The notes below the pieces were generated by a model that did not search any database, had not been told where the DNA came from, and saw only the letters and a program-made list of their open reading frames with translations. From the IMG/VR virus record IMGVR_UViG_3300020122_000089, positions 32,001-96,000 of that record: a stretch of 64,000 bases of DNA, one strand, 5' to 3'. This document shows, in pieces, positions 20,374 to 30,672 of the stretch. Made by a program: the position numbers and the translations under genes. Origin of the DNA: a virus. Within the stretch, counting starts at the first letter, position 1. Each line of letters opens with the position of its first letter.

Positions 20374-21908
20374 CCGCCAAGAATAGACTTCAACACCTGA
20401 TCCTTTGCACCTTTTGGATCAAGTCTAGCGGCTATCTTTTCTATGTCGGCTTCGTCTTCGGGGGATAGTTTTACGGGTGGAGCCATTGGCCCTACCGATT
20501 CGTCATCGTCTTCTTGATTTGATTCCGTCGCCAATGGCATCGCTTTGTCCATTTCAATTGCCGCTTGAACGCCAGGCGATGGCTCGACAAAGGCCGTTGG
20601 CGCGTAGGGCGCTGCTGACTCACCTACTGGGCGGAATTCATACCCGCAATGGCGACACTTGCGAGGCGGCCCTCCGTTGATTGTGTTGATCTCCTCTGCG
20701 CAATCTGGACATTGCATTTTTTGGATAGTCGAGGCGGTAGCCGCAGGCTGTCCATTTCCCGCATTCTTCGCCACAACTGTTTCGATGTACATCTTGATTT
20801 CTTCCGGAGAAAGACCGCCACGGGTGGTGGATTCAAGAGTACGGCTTAGTGCAGTACGTTCGGGTTTGCGACCTAATAGCCACGCGAGCTTGAAGTAGTA
20901 ACGGTCGTAATTGTCCGTATTGTTAGGATTGCGCATCCTATCTTCAATTGCGGCTATTCTTGTTTCGGCGATGATTCTGAATTGGTCATTGGCGGGTATC
21001 ATGTAATCCATTATTGCGCGGTGCCACGCATCGCGCAGGAACGGCCTTGCGTCAATCACCCTGCGATGTGATTCAAGCATGCGGCCAGTTTCAAGACGTT
21101 CTACTGCATCTTGAAGCCAGCGGAGGCGGATGGCGAGCATACCTACCGCCTCTATCTCATTTCGCATGTCGGCGGGTTTGTCGAGTTCTTTTACTCGCGA
21201 AGGTCGAATCATTTCATTCAACGTGCTGTATTCAACGTCTATCTTATCGAATGGTTCGATATGCGCTAGGATATGTGACGTGATAGCGCGGTCTGATCTG
21301 AGGGCTTGAAGCGTAGTCCCGGCGGGGATTGCAATTACGTGCAACCTTCCTATCTCTTTTTGTTCGATTGGATGGCTTATCACCACCTCTTTGTGCGGAA
21401 CGGCTTGGTCGAGCCTACCGGCTAATACGGATTCTTCAATAGCGCCAATCCTGAACACTTCGCCGGCGGGGATTCTTGAATACGCAGGCGAGTGAAGCAT
21501 TGGCTGTAACCCTTCTGCGTCAATGCCTGGAATGTAAACATAATACGGGCCGGGTTCGGCGGTATTGATATCCCGCACCGTGATGCGTGGTTGCATTTCG
21601 TTTGGCACCATCGCATCTTGCCCAAGATTGTCAAAAACACTCTTTTCAACTGTCGCGCTACTCATGGTTGGTCTCCTTAAACTCTTTTTCTTTCTTCCGG
21701 AAGAATTCTTTAGGGCCGCTCCGGTGATTTCGGCCATTTTATGACGGATGACTTCGTAGGTGTCTTTTGAGGTGTTTAATTCTGTTTCACCTGAAACGCT
21801 TGACGCCCATTCAAGAAGGATTAAAAGGTTTTCATCGTTGAAACTTTCATGCGGAGAGGTTTGACGTGCGTTAAACCAAACGTCGCGGAGGTATCTTTCC
21901 CATGCCAA
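20370..21908 (-). CDS. Hypothetical protein with Zn ribbon; probable main start at ATG 21665
   Basis: AAGGAGA RBS before ATG 21665 (MSSATV); CPDCAEEI..CRHCGYEF. Confidence 0.65.
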   Translation of the reverse strand: MAWERYLRDVWFNARQTSPHESFNDENLLILLEWASSVSGETELNTSKDTYEVIRHKMAEITGAALKNSSGRKKKSLRRPTMSSATVEKSVFDNLGQDAMVPNEMQPRITVRDINTAEPGPYYVYIPGIDAEGLQPMLHSPAYSRIPAGEVFRIGAIEESVLAGRLDQAVPHKEVVISHPIEQKEIGRLHVIAIPAGTTLQALRSDRAITSHILAHIEPFDKIDVEYSTLNEMIRPSRVKELDKPADMRNEIEAVGMLAIRLRWLQDAVERLETGRMLESHRRVIDARPFLRDAWHRAIMDYMIPANDQFRIIAETRIAAIEDRMRNPNNTDNYDRYYFKLAWLLGRKPERTALSRTLESTTRGGLSPEEIKMYIETVVAKNAGNGQPAATASTIQKMQCPDCAEEINTINGGPPRKCRHCGYEFRPVGESAAPYAPTAFVEPSPGVQAAIEMDKAMPLATESNQEDDDESVGPMAPPVKLSPEDEADIEKIAARLDPKGAKDQVLKSILGG

Positions 21909-21909
21909 G

Positions 21910-22857
21910 CTAATACACCTTTTGCCCTCCGCCTGCGGATGAGAATATCCAGGTAGATTTGCCTTTCCTGCTGGTGAATCTTTGCTTGTGCGTATTGAAG
22001 GCCGATCTGATGCGTAGCCGCATAGCTTCGCGCTCTTTTGCTTTTAATTCTTTATCGGTATCGGCTATGCGCATTAGATTCTTTCGCATCGCTTCTGGCG
22101 TAGGGGATTCTCGCCAATCATGTGTGTGAGTTTCTGCGTAGTTACGTCGCCAGAGTGCTTGTACGTATTCGAGGTCGAGGTCGGATGGTTCACGATACAG
22201 CCCAAAACATTTTCTTCTTTCTAGTTTTGCGCGTTCGCAACATAGATGTGAAACGTGCCTCCAAATGCCGTGAAAGCCAAGAAAGTAAAACCCCTCGCGT
22301 GGCATTGGACCCATGTCCGCCTCTTGCCCGGGGTGTCCAAACGTACCCATTACACGACGCCTCGCTTCATCCCATGGGCCTATGATTTCAGGCGGCGTGT
22401 ATTGACTTACCCACCAACGAGGAACGCCAATCTCTTGGTTGTATACCATTTGCGGATAAGGAAGCCCGTATTCTTCACCGTCAGGAAGCATCGCCTTTAA
22501 CTTACCGAATTCTTTTTTCAATGGGTAGGTTAAGGTTTTTACTGTTCTTCCGGAAGAATCACAGACGTCTACATGCCAGCCGATTTGCTCCTGAAGGATT
22601 ACCCTGTGTAGGTATTTCAACGCCCTTGTGAAGGGTGTCCATGTACAAATTGAACCCCATTCCAATCTAAGCATTGGCAGTCCATTTGGGGTTAATCCTG
22701 CAATGTTTATCAATTGGCGTTGAAACCAATCACACCCTTGAGGTGGATTAAAGTTTCTTGGCGGTGGCCATATATCGTAAGGATTCTCGGACATTTGAGA
22801 TGTACCGAGAACTAATGGCCTGTCTACGTCGATGAGGTATTTTTGTTCTGCGCTCAT
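21910..22857 (-). CDS. Hypothetical protein
   Basis: 315 aa ORF, ATGA overlap with upstream gene. Confidence 0.65.
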   Translation of the reverse strand: MSAEQKYLIDVDRPLVLGTSQMSENPYDIWPPPRNFNPPQGCDWFQRQLINIAGLTPNGLPMLRLEWGSICTWTPFTRALKYLHRVILQEQIGWHVDVCDSSGRTVKTLTYPLKKEFGKLKAMLPDGEEYGLPYPQMVYNQEIGVPRWWVSQYTPPEIIGPWDEARRRVMGTFGHPGQEADMGPMPREGFYFLGFHGIWRHVSHLCCERAKLERRKCFGLYREPSDLDLEYVQALWRRNYAETHTHDWRESPTPEAMRKNLMRIADTDKELKAKEREAMRLRIRSAFNTHKQRFTSRKGKSTWIFSSAGGGQKVY

Positions 22858-23504
22858 TTGATAAATGCCGTGTATGAAGGTGGGTAAGATATTGTCGATT
22901 GTGGAATTGAAGGGGCGACCCCTGCCGTCATCGGGCCATCAAAAGATACATCGATAGCGCATGGCGCTACGCCTTCGAGACGTTTATTCACCTCCATAAA
23001 CTGCTTTAATTTCTTCTTTGGGATTGATAAACAAAATCTGCCGTATTCAGTAGTTGGAAACTCGTGGTCATTCCAGCCTTGCATCCATCGTATGGTTCTA
23101 GTGCCAACACTCCAAAACCCAAAATATATCTTCCACGTTCCACGGTCGGTGGCGATACCAATAATAAAATCCTTGATGAAGAAGCTGATCTGGCAGCCCC
23201 ATTCGTACACGTCTCTATCACTAGAACGCTGAAGCCCTATGCCGTATTGCCAAACGGCGGCGTTGCCCTTGCCCCACCATAAGATTCGGTGCTTACTACC
23301 TTTTGCGTTCCGTACTGGACTTCCTTTACCTTCAATACGGAAGAATGGCCATGCGAGAGAAAACCCTAGCCAGTGCGTCTTAGAGGATACTAGAATACAG
23401 CCACCCCAGCCCCACGGATTATATCTAGGGCGCAGGAAATACATGCGGCGATAATACACGCCACCACTTTCGTCTGTTTTGAATTTCTTCCGGAAGAATT
23501 GCAT
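22854..23504 (-). CDS. Hypothetical aromatic-rich protein
   Basis: 216 aa ORF in operon. Confidence 0.55.
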   Translation of the reverse strand: MQFFRKKFKTDESGGVYYRRMYFLRPRYNPWGWGGCILVSSKTHWLGFSLAWPFFRIEGKGSPVRNAKGSKHRILWWGKGNAAVWQYGIGLQRSSDRDVYEWGCQISFFIKDFIIGIATDRGTWKIYFGFWSVGTRTIRWMQGWNDHEFPTTEYGRFCLSIPKKKLKQFMEVNKRLEGVAPCAIDVSFDGPMTAGVAPSIPQSTISYPPSYTAFIK

Positions 23505-23509
23505 TGTGG

Positions 23510-23971
23510 TTACTTTGTGATATTTTCCAGCATCTCACGCATGTGGTCTTTGAAACGGGATATGGAAGGGGTATTTTCAATCGGGATTTTACATCCAGGC
23601 CAAATTGGCATGATAGCACCTGGCGCTGCGTTTGCCAGCCCCGCTATGTTACACATCTTTTCATCCTGCGCCTGGTCTTGCATTTGCTGCCAGACGGCCG
23701 CCATTTCGCGCTGCTGTTTTCTGAATTCACGTTCTTTCCACTCTACTTCTGTCAGCCTTTCTTTTGGCATTTCACCCGCCAACCTTCGATTAACTTCGGC
23801 GGCCAGTTCATCTGAATAAAGCAGCGCGTTTAGAATTTCTCCTTCCGGAAGACCGGTTTGCTCGACAAGTTCGGATAACATTCGCCCTATCGCGGCGAAT
23901 GCCCTATTGCTTTCGGCGGGTTCTAAGACGCGCTCGCGCTCTTGAACGTCGGGTTGTGATTGGGTGTCCAT
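23510..23971 (-). CDS. Hypothetical protein
   Basis: 153 aa ORF in operon. Confidence 0.55.
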   Translation of the reverse strand: MDTQSQPDVQERERVLEPAESNRAFAAIGRMLSELVEQTGLPEGEILNALLYSDELAAEVNRRLAGEMPKERLTEVEWKEREFRKQQREMAAVWQQMQDQAQDEKMCNIAGLANAAPGAIMPIWPGCKIPIENTPSISRFKDHMREMLENITK

Positions 23972-23972
23972 T

Positions 23973-24395
23973 TCAGACTATTATCACCTCGCCTGGCTTA
24001 CCCATCTTCTTTGCTTCTTTTACGGTCCAGCACCCACCACTCTTCACATGTTCATTCGTACCGCAATGGTAGCAGAGCTTGAATCGCATACCGTCGTAAT
24101 TTGGCGGTAGCTCTTTAACGGTAATACAAACAACCTTGTCGCTGTTTTGGGCTATCTTGAGATTGCGCTGTTTGTATCCACCTTCCCAGGATCGGCGCGC
24201 GGGAGGAAATTCCTCATATTCAAGCCCTAAAGATTTTGCCTCTTCTACGGCCCAAATATCAATGCCACCTAAGTGACATGCGCCACTGACTACTATATCG
24301 CCATGGCTGAGTAATGAACGAATAGTCTGGCGGGCTTTTGCTTCTGTGTCGGATGTGAACTTTGCAGCTTCGCTGCCAACGATTCCAATTCGCAT
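23973..24395 (-). CDS. SLOG (YspA/DprA-like) family nucleotide-binding protein
   Basis: MRIGIVGS..VVSGAC..GIDIWA..A..FPP..GYKQRNLKIAQNSD. Confidence 0.75.
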   Translation of the reverse strand: MRIGIVGSEAAKFTSDTEAKARQTIRSLLSHGDIVVSGACHLGGIDIWAVEEAKSLGLEYEEFPPARRSWEGGYKQRNLKIAQNSDKVVCITVKELPPNYDGMRFKLCYHCGTNEHVKSGGCWTVKEAKKMGKPGEVIIV

Positions 24396-24481
24396 GATTG
24401 CATTATGCAAGGGCCGTTACCTTATGTGCTATTTCATAAGAACCGTCTGGCTATTCACCGCGATGACGGCCAGCCCTTGTT

Positions 24482-25210
24482 CTAGGGGCTCGATTTTCCA
24501 CACTCTTTCGCTATGCGTTTGACGAATAAGATATCAGCCTTTCGCGTTTCTTCTGCATCGGCGGCACGGCGAGCTTCTTGCGCTTCTTTTTCTTTATCTT
24601 CGGCTATCGCCTTTAATCGTTCTAGGTGCGTCTTACCGGCGTATTTATCTGGGGGTGGATACGTCCATGTCGTGCCGCTGCCACTAAACGTGATTACGCC
24701 CGTTAGGCCGCCTAGGTCGACGTAGTCCGGTATCTGCCTCGCCGCCTTTTGAATGGCTAAAAGGAGATTTTCCCGTGTGCACTCGATATCATTGCCAGTC
24801 TTGGCGGTGGTGGCCTTAGTTGCCGCCTCGCAGCAATCGTTGAATTCTTTAGTACCGGGCACACCACCGCACCCACATAGCCATTGAGTCTGAGTGGGCG
24901 GAAGCGTGAACGCAACCACCCTTCCGGTCATGCGTGATGGCTCTTGGATGTGTAGCACATGTAGCGCTTCATCTCGCCGACGCACCATATTAGCCCACGT
25001 ATTCTCGCGATTGAATTTCCTCCACTCTAAAACATCACCAATCTCAGGATGGGTGATGCCTTCACATTCAAGCGCCTTAGCCTCCCAAAGCATCGCTGCA
25101 CGTTCCCATTTGCTTGTAGCGTCTTGCCATGCGGATACGGATTGCGCATTGGCGGCGGTATGGATTAACGATATCGCAACCGTTAAGAATAAGAGGATTC
25201 GTAATTTCAT
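24482..25210 (-). CDS. Secreted hypothetical protein
   Basis: Signal peptide MKLRILLFLTVAISLIHTAANA; leaderless promoter TTGACA-17-TAATAT (25218-25246). Confidence 0.6.
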   Translation of the reverse strand: MKLRILLFLTVAISLIHTAANAQSVSAWQDATSKWERAAMLWEAKALECEGITHPEIGDVLEWRKFNRENTWANMVRRRDEALHVLHIQEPSRMTGRVVAFTLPPTQTQWLCGCGGVPGTKEFNDCCEAATKATTAKTGNDIECTRENLLLAIQKAARQIPDYVDLGGLTGVITFSGSGTTWTYPPPDKYAGKTHLERLKAIAEDKEKEAQEARRAADAEETRKADILFVKRIAKECGKSSP

Positions 25211-25268
25211 GCAGAACATATTAACACACTATTTAGCATTTGTCAAGAGAAATCTTCCGGAAGAAAGT

Positions 25269-26279
25269 TCACTTAACACCAATTCCTATTAGGATTGCTA
25301 CGCTTTGCGCGTCAATATCGGGGTGGTAATTATCTTCAAATGTCATCCGGATAGCTTCGCACATTGCTTGGTGTTTTTTTGGTGATGTTTCAGTGATTAT
25401 TTGCGCCGCTTCTTCGGTTGAATGATTGTCTAGGTCGATACAGGTTTCACCATCACGCCAAAACACCCCCGATCGCTGTCCTTCGTAGTATCGGGCATGG
25501 CCTATTAGCGGCCTTCCTATTGCAGCCCATGAATGAATACAGTGGCCGAAACCGTCGCCGGTTGGTTTGTCATGATAAGCCCAAGATGAACGCGCCATCT
25601 TTTCTGCGATTGAGGCCACCGGAGTTAAAAACCCATCAGGGCATTTATGGCCGTAGGATTTGAATTCGTAGCTTGGTAATAATTTTGACAGTTCGGCGAA
25701 AGGTTCATAGGATTCTGGAATTTGCGGGAGTAGATTAACAAAAGATGTAATCCTTTTCGATGCTTTTGGCGTACGGAAACGAAATATCGAAAGGCTATCA
25801 AATTCTTGTGAAATATGAACGTATTTGCCTTCCAATCGTCTGCTGGTGCTATCGAGTATCAACGGGCTGAGTTCGTGATTGATTCCCTGCCCTGCATTGC
25901 CGAGATGGTAAAGATATTTTGCGCCAATTTCTTGTGCGAAATTGTGAAAACCTTGCTGGTTTTCTTGAACTGATGCTAGTATAAAATCAAGCGACATTGT
26001 GCGGGCGCGTTCTAGGGTAACGCCATATATTGGGTGTTCTGGATGGCATTGATCGAATGTAATAAATAGCCCGGGTTCAACCTCTCGATATTTAGCGTCG
26101 ATATTAAGGTATTGCCTAGCAAGTCGGTCGTCGCCAAAGCATTCGCCAAACCTCCATATTCCTGCCGTCCACCATTCAAGTCCTAGTGGGGTATAAAGTT
26201 CGCATCCTAATCTGTCTTCAAATAGGCGCTGGAGGGAATAGTATAAATCTGAGTGATGTCGGTCGGCTAGGATGCGCAT
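25269..26279 (-). CDS. Glycosyltransferase (GT-B-like)
   Basis: MRIL start; GDGFGHCIHSWAAIGRPLI variant of the GT4 donor-binding motif. Confidence 0.65.
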   Translation of the reverse strand: MRILADRHHSDLYYSLQRLFEDRLGCELYTPLGLEWWTAGIWRFGECFGDDRLARQYLNIDAKYREVEPGLFITFDQCHPEHPIYGVTLERARTMSLDFILASVQENQQGFHNFAQEIGAKYLYHLGNAGQGINHELSPLILDSTSRRLEGKYVHISQEFDSLSIFRFRTPKASKRITSFVNLLPQIPESYEPFAELSKLLPSYEFKSYGHKCPDGFLTPVASIAEKMARSSWAYHDKPTGDGFGHCIHSWAAIGRPLIGHARYYEGQRSGVFWRDGETCIDLDNHSTEEAAQIITETSPKKHQAMCEAIRMTFEDNYHPDIDAQSVAILIGIGVK

Positions 26280-26285
26280 TTTAAC

Positions 26286-26864
26286 CTACCAGCAAGAAGG
26301 AGGGGTGGAACACCACCTCCTATGACGCCCCTTATTAGCCCGGCTGATCTTACGTCTTTCTTCTTCGGTGTGTCTCCGTCTCGTTCCGGCGACTGATAAC
26401 TTCCTTCGCCACTCCTCAGAAAACGGTTCGCGAATCCTACCACGTAGAGATTTGGCAATCTTGGCGGCATGTTCCGGCGTTAAGCGCCTGCCGGTATTAC
26501 ATAAACGATTCAGGTGTCGGGCCACGTCGGAGACGCCCTGACCGCCCGTCGTAGTGTTAGTTAATCGTAAGCCCTCTGATTTTAATTTTTTAATCCATCG
26601 CTTTTCCGCCCCGTCCGGATCGGCGACGTTACTTTCTAGTATAATCAGTCCTGGCGGCGATGAAAGTGACCGAATCCAACGGGCCCGATAGGTATCATCG
26701 GCACGCCTCACCGTGATATGTGATCTATACCGTTTTTCCGGTTCGATAGACTGGCCTACGTATCTTATCTCACCCGTTTCCGGGTCGGTTAGTCCATATA
26801 TCGAACTTCGTTTCGTTTCTATTGATTCTAACCTGCGGAGAATTGCAAGATAGTCAATCGCCAT
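26286..26864 (-). CDS. GIY-YIG homing endonuclease with NUMOD3 repeats
   Basis: IYGLTDP..IRYVGQS..R..H; E..WI..LTN..GG; HTEEERRKISRANKG. Confidence 0.85.
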   Translation of the reverse strand: MAIDYLAILRRLESIETKRSSIYGLTDPETGEIRYVGQSIEPEKRYRSHITVRRADDTYRARWIRSLSSPPGLIILESNVADPDGAEKRWIKKLKSEGLRLTNTTTGGQGVSDVARHLNRLCNTGRRLTPEHAAKIAKSLRGRIREPFSEEWRRKLSVAGTRRRHTEEERRKISRANKGRHRRWCSTPPSCW

Positions 26865-26885
26865 TTATTACACCGTATAGCCTAC

Positions 26886-27890
26886 CTAGCCTAAAAACGC
26901 CTTCCACTCTTTTGCTATCTTTTCCTTTCCAAAAAGCTCAATAGCAATCCTGCGCTGTGCTTGAGATTGCCAATAGGCAGTTTCTTTACTCGATAATAGG
27001 CTTGACAGGATATTTCTTGCCTTTTTAGGATCGTCAGACCAGTATTGCGTAATTTGATGTCCTTCAAATAGGTCGGGACCGTAAGGAAATACCTGCATCC
27101 AGGAAGGGCCTATAGATACCACCGGAATACCCGTCATCATCGCTTCGATTAGCCCTAGCGTATAACTGGCGGGCTGTGTCCCGCAATATAAGTACGCCCT
27201 GTTACATCGAAGCGATTGCTTCATGTCGTCAAAGGACATTTCGCCTTTTCCACGGATAGATTCAGAGCCAGGCCCAATGGCTACGGCGTCTAATCCTTCG
27301 GTTGCTTCATCCCAGAAACTCCAGTTCGTATATGGCTCTCTCTGAAAAAGATTTTGAGTAATATTTATGACGGCGGGGATTTGGCCGGTCCAACCTTTCC
27401 ATTCTTCTGGGTCTTTATAAAATCTAATCCTGGCATCAGACCCAGCATATCCCGGAATGTTTACCTCCTTTGGCGAATATCTGACAATTTGAAGACCCTC
27501 TTTTCTAAGTGGCGCCATCATCCTTTCATTGCTTTCTACTGACTGCCCGACCGTTCTCCATATCACCCGCTTGTGTTTAATCCTGCTCCATTGGGGAAAA
27601 ATCCAAGCGTGTTCGTAGTGATGGCATATAATCGTGTCGCACCAGTCAAGTATGTCATCTGGTATGTACTGTTTTGCTGCTGCGATATTATCCTGCGTAT
27701 TTAACCCATCAACTATAGCCTGTAATTCTGGATGGTGTTTGACATCTGGTAATGCCGGGCGTTTTGGGTCGTGCGGGTGTGCGGGGTTGATGTATCCGCC
27801 AAGGCTAAAGCAATCATACCCAAGTTCGGATAAGAGTTTTAATTGGTCAAATTCCTCCACACTATGAGCAAGGAGCAGTAGTATGTTCAT
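26886..27890 (-). CDS. Glycosyltransferase family 4-like
   Basis: YTLGLIEAMMTGIPVVS; C-terminal ELFG..IA..W. Confidence 0.8.
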   Translation of the reverse strand: MNILLLLAHSVEEFDQLKLLSELGYDCFSLGGYINPAHPHDPKRPALPDVKHHPELQAIVDGLNTQDNIAAAKQYIPDDILDWCDTIICHHYEHAWIFPQWSRIKHKRVIWRTVGQSVESNERMMAPLRKEGLQIVRYSPKEVNIPGYAGSDARIRFYKDPEEWKGWTGQIPAVINITQNLFQREPYTNWSFWDEATEGLDAVAIGPGSESIRGKGEMSFDDMKQSLRCNRAYLYCGTQPASYTLGLIEAMMTGIPVVSIGPSWMQVFPYGPDLFEGHQITQYWSDDPKKARNILSSLLSSKETAYWQSQAQRRIAIELFGKEKIAKEWKAFLG

Positions 27891-27910
27891 AATTCTTTCC
27901 GGAAGAATTT

Positions 27911-28636
27911 CTATCGCTTCACAGCCTTAAAGCCGCCGGGCCCTTCTGGCGGACCTTCAAATGTTAAGACGTGCGTTTTATCTAAAAGCCAATATAGTTC
28001 GGTTTGTGTTTTACCATTGCAGGGGTGCCATTCGCCTACGATTATTGGAACCTCTACTGCCGACGTGTCTTCTAATGCTGACCACTCGCAACCTTCGCAG
28101 TCCATTTTTAGAAAGCCGATCTCGCCATACGACCTAACGATTTCAGAAATAGAAATGCAAGGAACTTCTTCTTCTTCAAATGCTACGCCGGTAGCGCCGG
28201 CGCCGGTGACTAAAGAGGCGTTGCCAATAAACGCATGGTGGTTAGCGTTTTCTGAGCCTTGATATCGCCAGCGGATTTTTGTAGAATCAACATCAGGGCC
28301 TGCAACGCCTACTGGAAGTACCATTACTTGCTGCGTTAGATTGTTTTCTTGAATGTTCAATCTTAGTAAGGTGACATTTTCGGGGACTGGTTCTATACAT
28401 AGCACTATAAGGTCTGGATTATCCATCGCCATTGCAATGCCAACAGAGCCAATGTGCGATCCTATATCCACCGCTAACCCTGATTGCGGGGCGTTTTCTT
28501 TTAAGTGATATTCATCTGCCGCCATTGAGGATTGAATTGTATTCCAATCGTTTGTTTCGAGACGGTAGTGCATGTGCGCGATGTTGCCATGCGGGGTTAT
28601 AAAATCCTGTATTGCTTGTTCGTAGTGAATTCGCAT
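27911..28636 (-). CDS. FkbM-family SAM methyltransferase
   Basis: VDIGSHIG, IEPVPEN, FLKMDCEGCEW, IVGEWH. Confidence 0.9.
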   Translation of the reverse strand: MRIHYEQAIQDFITPHGNIAHMHYRLETNDWNTIQSSMAADEYHLKENAPQSGLAVDIGSHIGSVGIAMAMDNPDLIVLCIEPVPENVTLLRLNIQENNLTQQVMVLPVGVAGPDVDSTKIRWRYQGSENANHHAFIGNASLVTGAGATGVAFEEEEVPCISISEIVRSYGEIGFLKMDCEGCEWSALEDTSAVEVPIIVGEWHPCNGKTQTELYWLLDKTHVLTFEGPPEGPGGFKAVKR

Positions 28637-29853
28637 CAGATTACCGCTGCTCCGCTTATTTCAGTTGAATCTACTTCTAAGAATGGCTCGGCGTGAAATT
28701 CTCTCGCGCTGTTAATATCCACTTCCACTTCTTCTAGGAACGGACGCCAGTATTTATCTCTCACTACCTGCCAAGAGAGTTCTTGTTTTACAGTTTCAGC
28801 AGCTTGCAGTCCTTGTTCTGCGTATAAATCTTGATTGAGATAAATCTCTTTAATTGCTCGCGTAATTGCCGGTATAGAGGGAATTGCTTGCCAGCAGGCA
28901 TTCATATTCCAGAATCTTTGTACGCTTGGTACTTTAATTCCAGCAAAAAGGTATTCTGGGCTTGCAGAGAAATCATGAACGATAACGGGCGTTCCGCATG
29001 CCTGTGCCTCCGCTTGGCAAAGGCCAAATCCTTCGCCATATGACGCCCCTAGTAAAACATCGGCGGCACTGTACATCATCGCCATGCGGTCATCGGATAA
29101 TCCCATCGCTATGTCGTAGTCTGGCGTGTTGCAGGTGCAATCACCTAACCCGAGATTGCGGACTAAATCGTTTAAGTCAAGGCCGCCATCATTTGTAGTG
29201 GGGGTTAATGCGGTATGTAATAGCAAATCTGAATCGGGATATTCTTTGTGGAATGCGGCAAATGCTGCCATTTGTTCTGGAAATGCTTTCCTTGAAGGAT
29301 AGTAGAAGTTTGCTGCCGCTATCAAGCAAATGAATTTATCCTCGCGAATTCCTAATTCCTTACGGGCCGCTTTTTTGTCTCTGGGGTAATAAATATCTGT
29401 ATTAATCGCATGTGGAATGTAGATGCTAGGGATGCCAGACTTCCGCATTTCGCGTTTACCAAATTGCGACATTGCTACAACATGTTTCGCTTCTTTCAGT
29501 ATCCTTACCAATCGAGGAGGTGTCGGTATTGAATCTACCGGACTATAAGTGATCCAAGGAACACTGAACAGTCTTGGGAAGTCGCGGCTAAGCGTCCAAA
29601 CATCGTGGAACGAGATTAAGCAGTCGGCCCTAGTAACCTTTACGTGCTCGCCAACTATATCATGACCCCAACTATCACGAAATGTTGGGAGGTATTCAAC
29701 ATCGTCAATCCTAGCCGGGCCGCCTTTATACCCCCAATGCGGCATGAAAAATACCTCATGCCCTAAATCCTTAAAGGCACGGATAAGGAAGCGGGACTGA
29801 GTGCCGTATCCAGAGTTCACAAAATGGGCCACGGAGGACAAAAGGATTCGCAT
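28636..29853 (-). CDS. Glycosyltransferase family 4
   Basis: SGYG, IPHAI, RK, YSAADV..S.GEGFGLCQAEAQACGTPVI. Confidence 0.9.
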   Translation of the reverse strand: MRILLSSVAHFVNSGYGTQSRFLIRAFKDLGHEVFFMPHWGYKGGPARIDDVEYLPTFRDSWGHDIVGEHVKVTRADCLISFHDVWTLSRDFPRLFSVPWITYSPVDSIPTPPRLVRILKEAKHVVAMSQFGKREMRKSGIPSIYIPHAINTDIYYPRDKKAARKELGIREDKFICLIAAANFYYPSRKAFPEQMAAFAAFHKEYPDSDLLLHTALTPTTNDGGLDLNDLVRNLGLGDCTCNTPDYDIAMGLSDDRMAMMYSAADVLLGASYGEGFGLCQAEAQACGTPVIVHDFSASPEYLFAGIKVPSVQRFWNMNACWQAIPSIPAITRAIKEIYLNQDLYAEQGLQAAETVKQELSWQVVRDKYWRPFLEEVEVDINSAREFHAEPFLEVDSTEISGAAVI

Positions 29854-29979
29854 TTTAATTTCTTCCGGAAGATTTCTTTCTTTCGACGTGTCGCAATATC
29901 AAGTATACGATAAAAGCCCCTACCGCAGCGCAAATCACCGCTGCGCTGAATATTTCAAGCATGTCTCGAAACGGATGGT

Positions 29980-30672
29980 TCATCGCGGCATATTACGAAA
30001 GCTACGCACCGGATCGAATCCGTGCTGCGCAATACGGTATTTATCAGGAACTGTACCTGGATCGCCCTGTCGCGCCAATTGATTGCCTAGGTACATTGCA
30101 ATTTCCTGAAAGGCGGTGTAGGGTTCAACCATTTTATAGAACTGGAAGTCTTTCAGGCAATCGTTTGGTATAAGGTTCAGGTATCGAGATTCATCTCTGG
30201 TAATAGTTAATACCGGAACGCCGAGTTCGATAAACAGAGGATGTATTTCTATCGGTGGATTATTTAGAAAATCTTCGCGACGTTTGCGATTCCAGTTAAG
30301 CCCGCGTTGACGACCTAGCCGTCCGATAAGTCTGCGCTCTCGTTTTAATTCATCGCGATAGCTCGGAGATGATTCCCTCAGCCCGTCTACGTTATAGACG
30401 CTAATCGGGTTTTTCTGCTCGCCTATAGATATGCGAATACAGGGATACAACCTGCCGCAAAATCCTACTATTACACGCTCGTTCATTTCTTTAAATTTAT
30501 CATTTGAAGTCCATCCCCATCGTGAAATTTGCTCAGTAAGTTTTCGCGGTGGTTTATTTTTTAGGCGCTCATAATCTACGGTGAAACTACGGCGGTTATA
30601 ATGTAGCTTTGGATCCAATCCAAAACCCATAGCGCCGTCATAGTAATCCTTTTTACCGCCGTGAATTTTCAT
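29980..30672 (-). CDS. Hypothetical phage protein
   Basis: 230 aa; KDYYD start and PYTAFQEI..IAQHGFD..SFR end. Confidence 0.65.
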   Translation of the reverse strand: MKIHGGKKDYYDGAMGFGLDPKLHYNRRSFTVDYERLKNKPPRKLTEQISRWGWTSNDKFKEMNERVIVGFCGRLYPCIRISIGEQKNPISVYNVDGLRESSPSYRDELKRERRLIGRLGRQRGLNWNRKRREDFLNNPPIEIHPLFIELGVPVLTITRDESRYLNLIPNDCLKDFQFYKMVEPYTAFQEIAMYLGNQLARQGDPGTVPDKYRIAQHGFDPVRSFRNMPR

